A DNA stretch of 64,000 bases, from IMG/VR virus record IMGVR_UViG_3300021964_000047, positions 1-64,000 of that record; one strand, written 5' to 3'. Of the stretch, positions 1 to 10,638 are shown piece by piece. Source of the stretch: a virus. The stretch's first letter is position 1. Each line of letters opens with the position of its first letter. The notes beneath the pieces were generated by a model. It worked only from the letters and a program-made list of their open reading frames with translations. It did not search any database and had not been told where the DNA came from. The position numbers and the translations under genes were made by a program.

Positions 1-41
1 TTTGTTTTTAACTAATTATTGTATAATTTAGGAGTTATAAA

Positions 42-275
42 ATGGGCAAATCTTTTAAAAGATATAAACTTAGAAAAAAATTAGAAGCACAAAACCAACC
101 AGAAGAAGTGGTCGCGCCTATTATTGAAGCAGCACCAGAACCAGTTGTTGAAGAAGCACCTGCTCCTGCGCCTGCTATTGAAGAAGCGGCAGCACCGGTT
201 GCCGAAGAAGTTGCCGAAGATACAAAGCCAAAAAGAAGAAGCAAGAAGAAGTCATCAAAGTCTTCAAAAGAATAA
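42..275 (+). CDS. Small low-complexity protein (Lys-rich termini, Glu/Ala/Pro-rich core), probably late-expressed
   Basis: ATG with AGGAG SD; preceded by ACTAATTA motif at 11-18. Confidence 0.6.
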   Translation: MGKSFKRYKLRKKLEAQNQPEEVVAPIIEAAPEPVVEEAPAPAPAIEEAAAPVAEEVAEDTKPKRRSKKKSSKSSKE

Positions 276-326
276 AGGGAATCAAGGCCCTCTTTTAACT
301 ATTTACTATGATCGGAGGGTTCATGC

Positions 327-1568
327 ATGGCATTTCCAACTTTAACACCAACTTCACAACAATCAGCAATTATTCTTCCACCAACAGGAACGGTAGGTGA
401 TGTTTTAACATCCCTGCCTTTTGGCATTTATACAACCGATGCTTTCCTGTCCGGTGCCGCAGATCAAGTTGCTTATACATACCGAAAGCTAGGCGGTGAT
501 GTTCTTGATCTCGAGATCAAAGCAGAAAATGTTTATGCAAATTATGAAGAAGCCGTTTTAGAATATTCTTATTTGATTAACCTTCATCAAGCAAAGAATA
601 CTCTTGGTTCTGTATTAGGTAATCCAACAGGCTCATTTGACGAAGACGGCAATATTACAGCCGGACAATCAGGTGTTGAGCTAAAATATCCAAAGTTCAA
701 CTTTGGTTACGCAATGAAAGTAGGTTCGCAATTCTCGCATGAAGCAGGAATTGGCGGATCTCTTCCTATTTACTCAGCCTCTTTTGATACAGTTGTTAAT
801 CAACAAGATTATGATCTTCAAGCAATTGTTTCCTCATCAGCAGAAGCCGGCGGTGTTCCTTATGAGGATATTGACAGAACAAAAAGAATCGTAATTAGAG
901 ATGTATTTTATCTTTCTCCTCGACAAATGTGGAGATTCTATGGTTATTATGGCGGATTAAACGTTGTTGGTAACCTTAACTCATATGGACAATTCGCAGA
1001 TGATTCAACATGGCAGGTTGTTCCTGCTTGGCAAAATAAACTGCAAGCTATTCAATACGAAGATCATCTTTATACACGAACCTCTCATTATTCATATGAA
1101 ATTATCAACAATAATCTTCGGCTTTTCCCAACACCTGACTCGGTTTCACCAGAAAAGTTCTGGTTCCGCTTCTCAATTCGTGATTCATCTTGGGAAGATG
1201 ATTATAATGATGGTCAAGACGGCGTAAATAACATGAATACGCTTCCATTCGAGAACATTGCTTTTGAAAATATCAATTCAATTGGAAAGCAATGGATTAG
1301 ACGCTTTGCTTTGGCTCTAAGCAAGGAAACATTAGGCCAAGTTCGCTCAAAATTTGGCAATAATGTGCCAATTCCCGGTGACAATGTAACTCTTAATGGT
1401 TCAGACCTTCTAAGCCAAGCAAAAGAAGAACAAGACAAATTACGCACAGAATTGAAAGAACAATTAGACCTTATGACCTACGATAAACTTATCGAGACAG
1501 ACAAAAATATTGTCGACAACACAAATAACATTCAAAAATATGTTCCTTTAGGAATCTTTGTGGGGTAA
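327..1568 (+). CDS. Neck/head-tail adaptor protein (T4 gp13-like)
   Basis: 413 aa; LGGDVLDLEI N-terminal motif and WIRRFALALSKETLGQVRSKF...IPGDNVTLNG...PLGIFVG C-terminus typical of gp13-like neck proteins; first gene of neck-tail cluster. Confidence 0.8.
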   Translation: MAFPTLTPTSQQSAIILPPTGTVGDVLTSLPFGIYTTDAFLSGAADQVAYTYRKLGGDVLDLEIKAENVYANYEEAVLEYSYLINLHQAKNTLGSVLGNPTGSFDEDGNITAGQSGVELKYPKFNFGYAMKVGSQFSHEAGIGGSLPIYSASFDTVVNQQDYDLQAIVSSSAEAGGVPYEDIDRTKRIVIRDVFYLSPRQMWRFYGYYGGLNVVGNLNSYGQFADDSTWQVVPAWQNKLQAIQYEDHLYTRTSHYSYEIINNNLRLFPTPDSVSPEKFWFRFSIRDSSWEDDYNDGQDGVNNMNTLPFENIAFENINSIGKQWIRRFALALSKETLGQVRSKFGNNVPIPGDNVTLNGSDLLSQAKEEQDKLRTELKEQLDLMTYDKLIETDKNIVDNTNNIQKYVPLGIFVG

Positions 1569-1570
1569 TC

Positions 1571-4153
1571 ATGAAAGTAAAAGTAAATAACAAAAATAAA
1601 AAGCAAGTTTTAACAGAAATAAACGAAGACGAGTACGCATTAATAGAAGATGCATTAGAGATTCCTATTTCGGAGCTTCCTTATTCAAATATCTTTGGAA
1701 ATAGATACCGTGTTCTTGGCGACTTTGAAACCGTCAATAAGGGCCATCCAATTTATGAGATGATTAAATTTTTTGAAGATAATGATTGGGTTTTGAATAC
1801 ACAAGAAGGTAATAAGTCTCTAACATTCAGCAAAACTTGGGAATATAAGAGACCAAATCCAGAAAATAGAATGGAAATCAGCAGAACTTTTCAAACAAAG
1901 TCAATTACTTTAAAGCTTCAAAACCTTATACCGAAGATGATTGCTTTTTATACAGAATCGCTCCCAAAATTATATAAACAATATTTTGATGCTTTTAAAA
2001 TTGCCACCCAATTAAAGAGAAAAGCATACGATCTTATGGCTGGTACAGATACAGACGAAGGCTATCAAGAATGGTATAAAGCCAATGAAGCTTTTCAAAA
2101 AGCAAAGATGTTTGAGGTTCAAAAATCTGCTACAATGAGAAGCACAATTAATAAGTTTCTCGGAAGAGGTTATAAAAGAATTCCAGCAGTGCAAATAGCA
2201 GACCCAAGTTCTCCTTTGAATGCTCCTATAATTGAGAAATTGCAAAGCTTTCAAAAAGCAGTCTCTGATGAAGCACAGCTTTATAGATGGCAACAAGATC
2301 ATGGCGATCTTTTTATACCTTGCTATGTTATATTCTCGAGACATCCTATCGATGTTTTCAGAATGTCAGATCATGTCCAGATTAAGTCCTGTCATACCCC
2401 TCCGTCATCAGCAGGCGAGGTTAAATTTGATCAATTTAATATTTGTGCTTTGGCAGAGGCTTGGGCTAATGGAATGATTGCCTATGCTGTTGAGGTTAAA
2501 CAATTTAAAGAAAATAATATTCAACCAACTCAACAAGATATCGATCAATACGAAGACTCGGAACTTTTCTGGGACAGAACTCGGGGAGAGGGTGTTATTT
2601 CTCCTATTGCTCGTGTAAGAATTAGAAATACTTCCTTTACAGACCCAGAAACAGGCGAGGTAACTCAAATCGGAGTTCCGGATCAGAAAGTTTATGGCAC
2701 AGACATCGGAGGCTTTAAAGAATACGTTCGAAGTCACATCACCGGAATTCAAAAGTCTTCACTTCAGAAAATATTTAACTCAACCGTCGAGGCAGGAACC
2801 GGCAAATATTCTATTCCTCTGGAAAACTTTGAGAGATTCGGCGGAAGTTATGAAGATACTGGTGCCGCTGTTAGACACAATTTGCCTTTGATGTTTGCGA
2901 CTGCTCTTGATTTTGAAGCCGAAGGTATCGAGACTAGCGGCTATATTAAATACGATAAAAGCATTCAAAACGAACTAGAAGAGAAAGCTGGAGAAAGCGG
3001 GGCATCTTTGGATATATTGCAACTCCAAGCCGATGATGAAGCCGAGGCCGCCAGTCGCAATACAAGATGGCATTTTGATGTTTCCTTGGATTTAGATTAC
3101 GAAGGCGATGTTTATATCGAGGAAATTTTACTTACAGTGTTCGCTATTCTCCCAGATTCTGTCAATGTCGGAGACAATTATACAGCAATCAACGAAGCGT
3201 TTGCAGATTATATAGATAAATTTAATCTTTATTGGGGTAATGAAGAAGTAGAACCAGACTCTATTGCGGCTTATGCCCCTTCTACTTTTATGACTCATAA
3301 TTTCACAAAGCCTTTTATTGCGATTAGATATCCAAATTTAGCTGAGATTTCTTATAATATGGGAGATAGAATTGCTTTCGGAGAACTTCCAGAAGCACTT
3401 GCAAATATGGCGGATACTTCAAGAAATGGCGGCTTAAACCTTAATCTTGTAACTGATCCTTATATTGAAGATGCTTTCGATGCCGTTGCAAGAGACATTT
3501 GTGCTTTACGAGATTTCTATGATGATCCCGAATGGTATTTAAATCAAGCTTATCACCAAACTTTAGATGAAAGCGAATGGCTTATTGATTCTGTTAGCGA
3601 AGGCGAAACAATGACAATGCTTGAGATTATCGAAGAAGTTTCATATGATACTATAATGAATATTGATTTAAAGCAACTTATTGAACGCGGCAAATATACC
3701 CCAAAACAAGCAGCAGCTATACTTATTGCTATTGGCGAAAGCCAAGATTTTCAACAATGGCTTATTCGCGAAATCAACAAAGAATGTCAAATAGCTGCTG
3801 GAAATGGCGAGTCTTTCGTTAATAATAATGAAACTGTTATTCCTTTTACAATAGATGGGCCTCAAACATACCAAACAGTCGAAGATGTCGTGGCCGCTAT
3901 TGAAGTTGCTGGTGATGATTCGTGGTCAAGTGTCGAGGATCATTTTCAATTAAAAATGACAATAACAAAAGACCAAATTGACTCGAAAGAAAAATTCCTT
4001 GCTCTTTATTCTCTTTTATCGCAATACGACCAAGACGAAATGGCAACCTTGATTTTAGCTGATGGCGACGAAATAAAGAATTTGTTTCCAGCAGAACCAC
4101 AAGCCGTAACCGAAAACAAAAGACGAATGAAGATTCGCATGCTCCGAGGATAG
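1571..4153 (+). CDS. Large acidic hypothetical protein inserted between neck genes; candidate internal virion protein
   Basis: 860 aa open frame tightly coupled to neighbours; basic termini next to LTE/VTE motifs. Confidence 0.7.
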   Translation: MKVKVNNKNKKQVLTEINEDEYALIEDALEIPISELPYSNIFGNRYRVLGDFETVNKGHPIYEMIKFFEDNDWVLNTQEGNKSLTFSKTWEYKRPNPENRMEISRTFQTKSITLKLQNLIPKMIAFYTESLPKLYKQYFDAFKIATQLKRKAYDLMAGTDTDEGYQEWYKANEAFQKAKMFEVQKSATMRSTINKFLGRGYKRIPAVQIADPSSPLNAPIIEKLQSFQKAVSDEAQLYRWQQDHGDLFIPCYVIFSRHPIDVFRMSDHVQIKSCHTPPSSAGEVKFDQFNICALAEAWANGMIAYAVEVKQFKENNIQPTQQDIDQYEDSELFWDRTRGEGVISPIARVRIRNTSFTDPETGEVTQIGVPDQKVYGTDIGGFKEYVRSHITGIQKSSLQKIFNSTVEAGTGKYSIPLENFERFGGSYEDTGAAVRHNLPLMFATALDFEAEGIETSGYIKYDKSIQNELEEKAGESGASLDILQLQADDEAEAASRNTRWHFDVSLDLDYEGDVYIEEILLTVFAILPDSVNVGDNYTAINEAFADYIDKFNLYWGNEEVEPDSIAAYAPSTFMTHNFTKPFIAIRYPNLAEISYNMGDRIAFGELPEALANMADTSRNGGLNLNLVTDPYIEDAFDAVARDICALRDFYDDPEWYLNQAYHQTLDESEWLIDSVSEGETMTMLEIIEEVSYDTIMNIDLKQLIERGKYTPKQAAAILIAIGESQDFQQWLIREINKECQIAAGNGESFVNNNETVIPFTIDGPQTYQTVEDVVAAIEVAGDDSWSSVEDHFQLKMTITKDQIDSKEKFLALYSLLSQYDQDEMATLILADGDEIKNLFPAEPQAVTENKRRMKIRMLRG

Positions 4154-4156
4154 TAA

Positions 4157-4651
4157 ATGTCAGAAGACAACAAATGGTCAAAGCCCGCATCCCCACCACC
4201 TCCTTTGTTTCTCGGAGAGAAGGAGCGAAACCTTGTTAAGCAGGTTAATGACGAGATTATTGAAAGAGTCATTGGCCAACAGGTCCTTTACTTTCCTATT
4301 GACATGTCTCGCACCAACTTTCATCCAATATATGGCGAGGCCATTGAAAAAACTTTTCTTCATCCAATAAGAGTCTATGCTTTGGTTGAATATGGTGGAG
4401 TTGAAACTTCTTTCCTTGAAAGTGTCGGTCTTGATAAAACAACCAATATTACAGTCAATTTTCATAAGCGAAGATTAACCGAGGATCAAGATCTTTTCGT
4501 TAGAGAAGGTGATTTCGTACGATACGGTGATATTTACTACGAGATAGTAAAACTTAACGAACCTAAGCAACTTTTTGGACAAATCGAGCATAGATTCGAG
4601 GTAACTGCAACCTGTATTAGAGCAAGAGACGGAGTATTCAACGGTGAGTGA
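4157..4651 (+). CDS. Head closure/neck protein (T4 gp14-like)
   Basis: 164 aa; IGQQVLYF...YGEAIEKTF...VREGDFVRY motif; synteny with gp13- and gp15-like genes. Confidence 0.65.
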   Translation: MSEDNKWSKPASPPPPLFLGEKERNLVKQVNDEIIERVIGQQVLYFPIDMSRTNFHPIYGEAIEKTFLHPIRVYALVEYGGVETSFLESVGLDKTTNITVNFHKRRLTEDQDLFVREGDFVRYGDIYYEIVKLNEPKQLFGQIEHRFEVTATCIRARDGVFNGE

Positions 4652-5483
4652 AGTAGAAGAGATACCATTTTTGCCATCAACAATTGAAACCATTGATGTT
4701 GGTTTTTACAACTGGGTTAATGAAAGCTTGGATCTTCATACTAACACGAACTCTGGATGGAAAAAAGTACCTTGCTTATGGCTCTCGGCAGAAAGAGTTT
4801 TTCAAATCAAGAACGATAAAGATTTAAGAGATTCTTCTGGTAAGCTCAAATTGCCTTTGATTACAGTCACTAGAGAATCAATGGTGAAGGATCCATCTTT
4901 TAGAGGTACACATTATGCTCACTTGCCAGAGAATGGTGATTATAAAGGCGGCGCCACAATAGTCTCTAGAAGAATTGTGCAAGACAAAACAAGAAATTTT
5001 GCAAACGCAGATAAGGCTAGAGAATTAAAAAGCGGAGATGAGACAGGCAAATCAAATAATAAAAAAGTTGTTTATGAAACTATTGAAATGCCTGTTCCAA
5101 CGTACGTTACATGCAATTATAAAATTACAATTAGAACTGAATATTTACAACAAATGAATGAACTTGTCACACCTCTTATCACAAGAACCGGAGGCGTAAA
5201 TCATTTTCTTTTTTCAAATGATGGTCATCGCTTTGAAGCGTTCATTCAGCAAGATTTTAATCCGGATTCAAATATAACCAATCTAGGCGAAGATGAGCGT
5301 TATTTTCAAACCCAAATATCTATTAAAGTTCTCGGATATTTAATGGGTGAAGCCGGCAACAGAGAAAAGCCAAAAGTTGTCGTCAGAGAGAACTATGTTG
5401 AAGTAAAAATGAGCAGAGAAAGAGTGATGATTGGAGACCAATTACCTTGGAATACTGTAAATAAACAGAAATACCGCCAATAA
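4644..5483 (+). CDS. Tail terminator/sheath stabiliser (T4 gp15-like)
   Basis: KVPCLW...ER...KLKLPLITVTR and MPVPTYVTCNY motifs; immediately upstream of sheath. Confidence 0.65.
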   Translation: MSEVEEIPFLPSTIETIDVGFYNWVNESLDLHTNTNSGWKKVPCLWLSAERVFQIKNDKDLRDSSGKLKLPLITVTRESMVKDPSFRGTHYAHLPENGDYKGGATIVSRRIVQDKTRNFANADKARELKSGDETGKSNNKKVVYETIEMPVPTYVTCNYKITIRTEYLQQMNELVTPLITRTGGVNHFLFSNDGHRFEAFIQQDFNPDSNITNLGEDERYFQTQISIKVLGYLMGEAGNREKPKVVVRENYVEVKMSRERVMIGDQLPWNTVNKQKYRQ

Positions 5484-5543
5484 TTACTATTGATCTTCAT
5501 CGATACTATTTAATATGATTATAAGTTTATAAGGAGTATATTA

Positions 5544-8459
5544 ATGCCTAGAAAATTTGACTTTATTTCACCCGGCATCCAATTAACCGAGGTTGACCAA
5601 AGTACAGTTCCTGCGCAATTGCAAGACGATGGACCTCTTTTGATTGGACGTGCTCTCCGTGGCCCCTCAATGAAGCCAATCAAAGTTAATTCATTTGATG
5701 ATTTTGTTACCGTTTTCGGTAATCCTGTTTATGGTCCACAACCGGGCCCAATGGACGTTTGGAGACAAGGAAATACCATCGCTCCTACATATGCTGCCAT
5801 TGCTGCCGAAGCATGGCTCGCAGCAAATGATTCACCAGTCACATTTGTTCGACTTTTGGGCGAACAGTCAAACAACGCTTCAGCCGCTGGATATGCTGGG
5901 TGGGATGTCGATTCTGATAAATCATTAGGCCGCACTGACTATACTGAATGTGCTGGTGCTTTTGGTCTTTTCATTGGCCCATCTGGGAGTGGTGAGGTTG
6001 GTACCGGATCACTTGGCGCCATTATTTATTGTAATGCCGGAACTGTAGAATTAAAGGGCACTCCTGCTTATCTTGGAGTTTCCATAACTGGTTCTGCTAC
6101 TGTTTTTGAATCTTTGTCTAGCGCCGGCAATCAATCAACTTTTACTTTGATTATTAAAAACGCTTCTGGTACAATTGTTGAGGAAAAAGCAGTTGATTTT
6201 ACTCCCGGAAGTAAAAACTATATTAGATCTGTTTTAAATACAACTCCGCATAAGGTAAATACAACTATCAATGAACCAGCAGATGTATTAACTTATTGGT
6301 TAGGAGAGACATTTGAAGAATCTGTTGATACTGCGTTAAGAAACGCTTCTGCCACCGGTGCTGGAAATCAAATCGGTATTGTCCTAGGACTTGCTAGTGG
6401 TTCTATTGGCGAAACTAAGACAACAATAGCATCCGAATATGCAGATCACAGATTTGGTTCTATTGCCGCCAAATCTGGCTGGATTATTAATAGAGACCCA
6501 TCAGAAGCATCCGCTAACTATGATGCGGCCGCTGCTGAAAAACTTTTCCGCATTATTGCCCTTCATGAAGGTAAAGCATTTCAAGATCAATTCTATTGTG
6601 CAATTGAAAGCATTAAGTTGGGCACACAAATCATAAAAGATGGCACTTTCACTTTAAGTGTTTATGAGTGGGGAACAAATCGTCTTGTCGAACAATTTTC
6701 TAATCTTACTTTAAATCCTGTATCGGACAATTATATTCTTAAAAGAATTGGTGATATGAATATGGTATGGGATTCTAATGATAAAAAATTCAATATGGTT
6801 GGTAAATATAATAATCAATCAGATTATATTAGAATCGAGATGGCAGACGCTCTTAAGAATGATCAACCACCTCAAGATGAATATGCTGTGCCGTTTGGTT
6901 TCATTGGCCCACAAAAATTTAAACCTTTTGTTTTGTCCGGAAGTCATGACGCTCCATTAGTCGAAGATCAATCAGCAGATTTCCTTGATGCAATGGTTTT
7001 AGGATCTGGTAGTACTCCCGGAAATACAGATGCTTTTGATACACTTGATGATAACGATTCTTTTGTTTTGTTATCAAATGCAACATCAAGCTTAAATGGT
7101 CGCGTAGTTTGTTTTGATTGGCCTTCGTTGAGATTGACAACTATCAATTCAAAAGGTTCAACAAATACAAGTTATAGAGCAACCGATCTTTTTGGTGTAA
7201 ATCAGCATCTTTCAGCTTCAAATGCTTTGGATCAAGGATTTAAAGATTTGATACGTGCAATGCCAAGAGGTTTTGATCTTCATACAAATAGCGGTGTACC
7301 CGGTCGTGCAACGGAAACTTCATTTATCTTTTCATTAGATGAAGTTGTTTATGATGCTAATAGTAACTTAGGTTATTATCTCTCTGGTTCTAGGGCAGCG
7401 GGAACTTCTTATACTGCTGTTAATGATGATCAAGCTCTATTAGATGCAAAAATCAAACAATTTACAGTTCCACTCTTCGGTGGTTTTGACGGACTAAATA
7501 TCACAGAATTAGAACCGTTCAATAATGGAGATATTGGGACAGCAGAAGATACAAGCTATACTTATTATTCTCTTAATAAGGCACTTGATATAGCCGAAGA
7601 TCCTGAGAATGTTGAAATGGACCTTCTTTTGATGCCCGGTATTAATAAAGAAGATCTAACGAACAGAATGATTGACATCTGTAATGATAGACAAGATTCT
7701 CTTGCTATTATTGATCTTGATGCTTATACTCCTGCTTCCGAGACCACTCCTACACTAGAAGGAAAGAAATCTCTTGCAAGTGTTATCTCTGGTGTTCGTT
7801 CTAGAAACTTTGATTCCTCATACGCTGCTGCTTATCATCCATGGGTTCGAGTTCAGCAGAAAGGCGACACAGTTGTGACTCCTGTTCCTCCTTCAGTTGC
7901 TGCTTGCGGTGCTCTTGCAAGATCTCAAGCATTGAGTGCTCCTTGGTTTGCTCCTGCCGGATTCAATCGTGGTGGACTTACAAACCTCGGCGGGAATGCT
8001 GGTCCGAGCGTTCTCTCTGTTGTTGAGACCATGAACAAAGCAAATCGTGATGATCTTTACGAACTTGATATTAACCCAATTGCTCGACTTCAAGGAGAAT
8101 TTGTGATCTTCGGTCAGAAGACACTTCAACAAACTCCATCGGCTCTTGACAGAATCAACGTTCGTCGCATGATGATTTATCTTAAGAAGAGAATCGGCAG
8201 AATTGCTAACACTATCCTGTTCGACCAGAACATCCAAGTTACTTGGAACAAGTTCAAGAGCAGAGCAGAACGTGTGCTTAATAGAATTAAAGCACGAGGC
8301 GGAATCACAGAGTTCAAAGTTATTCTTGATTCAAGCACGACCACTCCAGATCTTCAGGACAGAAACATCCTATATGCCAAGATCTATGTGAAGCCAGCCA
8401 AAGCAATCGAGTTTATTGCAGTTGACTTTGTAATCACGAGATCCGGAGTTCAATTCTAA
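5544..8459 (+). CDS. Contractile tail sheath protein (gp18-like)
   Basis: 971 aa; FISPGIQLTEVDQS N-terminus, PWFAPAGFNRG, GQKTLQ...SALDRINVRR and KPAKAIEFIAVDFVI C-terminal sheath motifs. Confidence 0.95.
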   Translation: MPRKFDFISPGIQLTEVDQSTVPAQLQDDGPLLIGRALRGPSMKPIKVNSFDDFVTVFGNPVYGPQPGPMDVWRQGNTIAPTYAAIAAEAWLAANDSPVTFVRLLGEQSNNASAAGYAGWDVDSDKSLGRTDYTECAGAFGLFIGPSGSGEVGTGSLGAIIYCNAGTVELKGTPAYLGVSITGSATVFESLSSAGNQSTFTLIIKNASGTIVEEKAVDFTPGSKNYIRSVLNTTPHKVNTTINEPADVLTYWLGETFEESVDTALRNASATGAGNQIGIVLGLASGSIGETKTTIASEYADHRFGSIAAKSGWIINRDPSEASANYDAAAAEKLFRIIALHEGKAFQDQFYCAIESIKLGTQIIKDGTFTLSVYEWGTNRLVEQFSNLTLNPVSDNYILKRIGDMNMVWDSNDKKFNMVGKYNNQSDYIRIEMADALKNDQPPQDEYAVPFGFIGPQKFKPFVLSGSHDAPLVEDQSADFLDAMVLGSGSTPGNTDAFDTLDDNDSFVLLSNATSSLNGRVVCFDWPSLRLTTINSKGSTNTSYRATDLFGVNQHLSASNALDQGFKDLIRAMPRGFDLHTNSGVPGRATETSFIFSLDEVVYDANSNLGYYLSGSRAAGTSYTAVNDDQALLDAKIKQFTVPLFGGFDGLNITELEPFNNGDIGTAEDTSYTYYSLNKALDIAEDPENVEMDLLLMPGINKEDLTNRMIDICNDRQDSLAIIDLDAYTPASETTPTLEGKKSLASVISGVRSRNFDSSYAAAYHPWVRVQQKGDTVVTPVPPSVAACGALARSQALSAPWFAPAGFNRGGLTNLGGNAGPSVLSVVETMNKANRDDLYELDINPIARLQGEFVIFGQKTLQQTPSALDRINVRRMMIYLKKRIGRIANTILFDQNIQVTWNKFKSRAERVLNRIKARGGITEFKVILDSSTTTPDLQDRNILYAKIYVKPAKAIEFIAVDFVITRSGVQF

Positions 8460-8496
8460 TGATCTATACTAATTACAATAAAGGGAGATTAATATA

Positions 8497-9159
8497 ATGG
8501 CTTTTTGGACTTCAGCAGGTGTAGAACCTAAAAGAAACTTTAGATTTAGGGTATCATTTATTTCGCAAAACCCTAGCGGCAATACTGTTATTGAAGGTGT
8601 TCTTTGGTGGGCAAAAACTGTAACGACTCCATCCTTTGATGTTGGCGAAACAGAACATCATTATCTTGGTGGCAAATATTACTTCCCCGGAAAAGTGTCT
8701 TGGTCCGAGGTATCAATGACTTTAGTTGATCCTATTTCTCCTGATGCAGTTGGAATTATGAACCAGATTTTAAAAAACTCAGGTTATATGATTCCCGATA
8801 GTACCGCAGATAACCAGTTTCACACCATTTCAAAAAATGCTTCCATTGCAGCCGGTCTTCAACTTATCGTTATTGAGGTTTTAAGGGCTGACGGTGCACC
8901 TGTTGAAAAATGGACTCTTAATCAGCCATTTATTAAATCAGCAAAGTTTGGAGATCTTGATTATTCAAATGAAGATTTGAGAACAGTTGATTTGACAATC
9001 AGATATGATTGGGCTTCTTGTGAGTTTGGTGAGGGTGCTGATCCGGATCTCGTAAATTCACGTTACTTCCTAGCAGGCGATACTCCGGCTGATGGTGCTG
9101 ATTATTCACCAGATGCTACTGGTAGAGAGATTCCAAACAATCCAGATTACGGATCCTAA
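8497..9159 (+). CDS. Tail tube protein (gp19-like)
   Basis: EPKRNFRF...YYFPGKVSW...FGDLDYS...LTIRYDWA; directly follows sheath. Confidence 0.88.
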   Translation: MAFWTSAGVEPKRNFRFRVSFISQNPSGNTVIEGVLWWAKTVTTPSFDVGETEHHYLGGKYYFPGKVSWSEVSMTLVDPISPDAVGIMNQILKNSGYMIPDSTADNQFHTISKNASIAAGLQLIVIEVLRADGAPVEKWTLNQPFIKSAKFGDLDYSNEDLRTVDLTIRYDWASCEFGEGADPDLVNSRYFLAGDTPADGADYSPDATGREIPNNPDYGS

Positions 9160-9169
9160 TAGAGGTTAA

Positions 9170-9784
9170 ATGGCTTTTTGGACCGACAACGCAGCCCCTA
9201 AAAGACAATATCGCTTCTCCATTCTTGATTCAAACGAGGGTGGAGAAGGTATTTGGTATTGGGCCAAGTCGGTTACAAAGCCATCATTCGAGATCTCAAC
9301 AAACGAATATCAACTTATAAATCATAAATTTAAATATCCCGGCACTCTAACGTGGAATGATATAACAATATCGATTGTTGACACAGCAGATAAGACGCAA
9401 TTGCTGCTAAATAAAGTATTCAATTTCGGTTATATTTACCCTGACTACCAAAACATAACCGAGTACATAGATGGCATATCTAAATCGCAATCTTCTGCTT
9501 ATTTTGATGAATTTTTGATTAATCAATTAGATGCTGCGGGCAATGCTCTTGAATCGTGGAGATTGCACGGAGCAATTTTAAAATCTGTAAATTTTGGAAG
9601 CCTTGATTATTCTTCTGAAGATTTGGTGACAATTGAATTAACAATAACATATGACTGGGCCCAAATAGAACAATTAACTGAACAGCCAATGGCTGCACCT
9701 GTAACTGTTGATAATGTCCAAGGTGGACAAATGGTAACACAAGATGGTGCAAGCAATACTGTTGGACCCAACCCTGTAGCATAA
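9170..9784 (+). CDS. Second tail tube-like protein (paralog)
   Basis: Same MAFWT start, PKRQYRF, KYPGTLTW and FGSLDYS...LTITYDWA motifs as the preceding gene. Confidence 0.82.
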   Translation: MAFWTDNAAPKRQYRFSILDSNEGGEGIWYWAKSVTKPSFEISTNEYQLINHKFKYPGTLTWNDITISIVDTADKTQLLLNKVFNFGYIYPDYQNITEYIDGISKSQSSAYFDEFLINQLDAAGNALESWRLHGAILKSVNFGSLDYSSEDLVTIELTITYDWAQIEQLTEQPMAAPVTVDNVQGGQMVTQDGASNTVGPNPVA

Positions 9785-9795
9785 CGAGGTGAAAT

Positions 9796-10638
9796 TTGAC
9801 TACAAGAAATAATGAGGATAGAATCGGACCTCAAACAATCGATTCGGAGCCAACAGCGGCCCTAAATCCGCTTGAGTTTGTTGCTCCTACGGAATTGGTG
9901 GATATTCCATCAAAAGGACAGTTATATCCTGCCGATCATCCGCTCCATGGCAAGGAAGAAGTCGAGATCAGATATATGACAGCTAAAGAAGAAGACATTC
10001 TTACATCAAAGACACTTCTTAAGAAAGGTGTTGCAATTGATCGCTTCATTCAGAATATTATTGTTGATAAAAACATTAAAGTTGAAGACCTTTTGGTTGG
10101 AGATAAGAATGCCATTTTGATTGCTGCTCGTTCAACAGGCTATGGAAGCGATTATGAGACTCAAGTTGTGTGTCCTAGTTGCGGAACCAAATCTCATGAG
10201 TCATTTGATCTTGCAAATCCTCAAATAAATGAATCCAAAGTGGATGAATCCCTAGGAATTCGAAAAACCGAGAACAATAATTTTGTAATTACCATGCCAT
10301 TTAGCAAATTTGAAGTCGAAGTTCGCATTTTGACAGGAAAAGACGAGAAACACATCACAAAACTCGCAGAATCTCGCAAGAAAGGCATGATGCAAGAGAC
10401 CGGTATGACCGATCAATACAAAATGATGATTGTTTCGGTCCATGGCAACTCACAAAGAAATGTTATTAATCATTATGTTGATAATATGCCTTTAAAGGAC
10501 GCAAGATTTTTAAGAAATGCTTACAAAATGGTTAATCCTGATGTCAAAGTTATGAAGCATTTTGAATGTTCTAATTGTGGCTTTGATCAGGAAATGGAGG
10601 TGCCCTTTGGGGCCGACTTTCTTTGGCCTGACCGATAA
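9796..10638 (+). CDS. Baseplate hub assembly/tail assembly chaperone (T4 gp26-like) with two CxxC motifs
   Basis: IPSKGQLY, YMTAKEEDIL, LLVGDKNAILIAAR...YG, CPSCG and CSNCG; TTG start with GAGG SD. Confidence 0.8.
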   Translation: MTTRNNEDRIGPQTIDSEPTAALNPLEFVAPTELVDIPSKGQLYPADHPLHGKEEVEIRYMTAKEEDILTSKTLLKKGVAIDRFIQNIIVDKNIKVEDLLVGDKNAILIAARSTGYGSDYETQVVCPSCGTKSHESFDLANPQINESKVDESLGIRKTENNNFVITMPFSKFEVEVRILTGKDEKHITKLAESRKKGMMQETGMTDQYKMMIVSVHGNSQRNVINHYVDNMPLKDARFLRNAYKMVNPDVKVMKHFECSNCGFDQEMEVPFGADFLWPDR

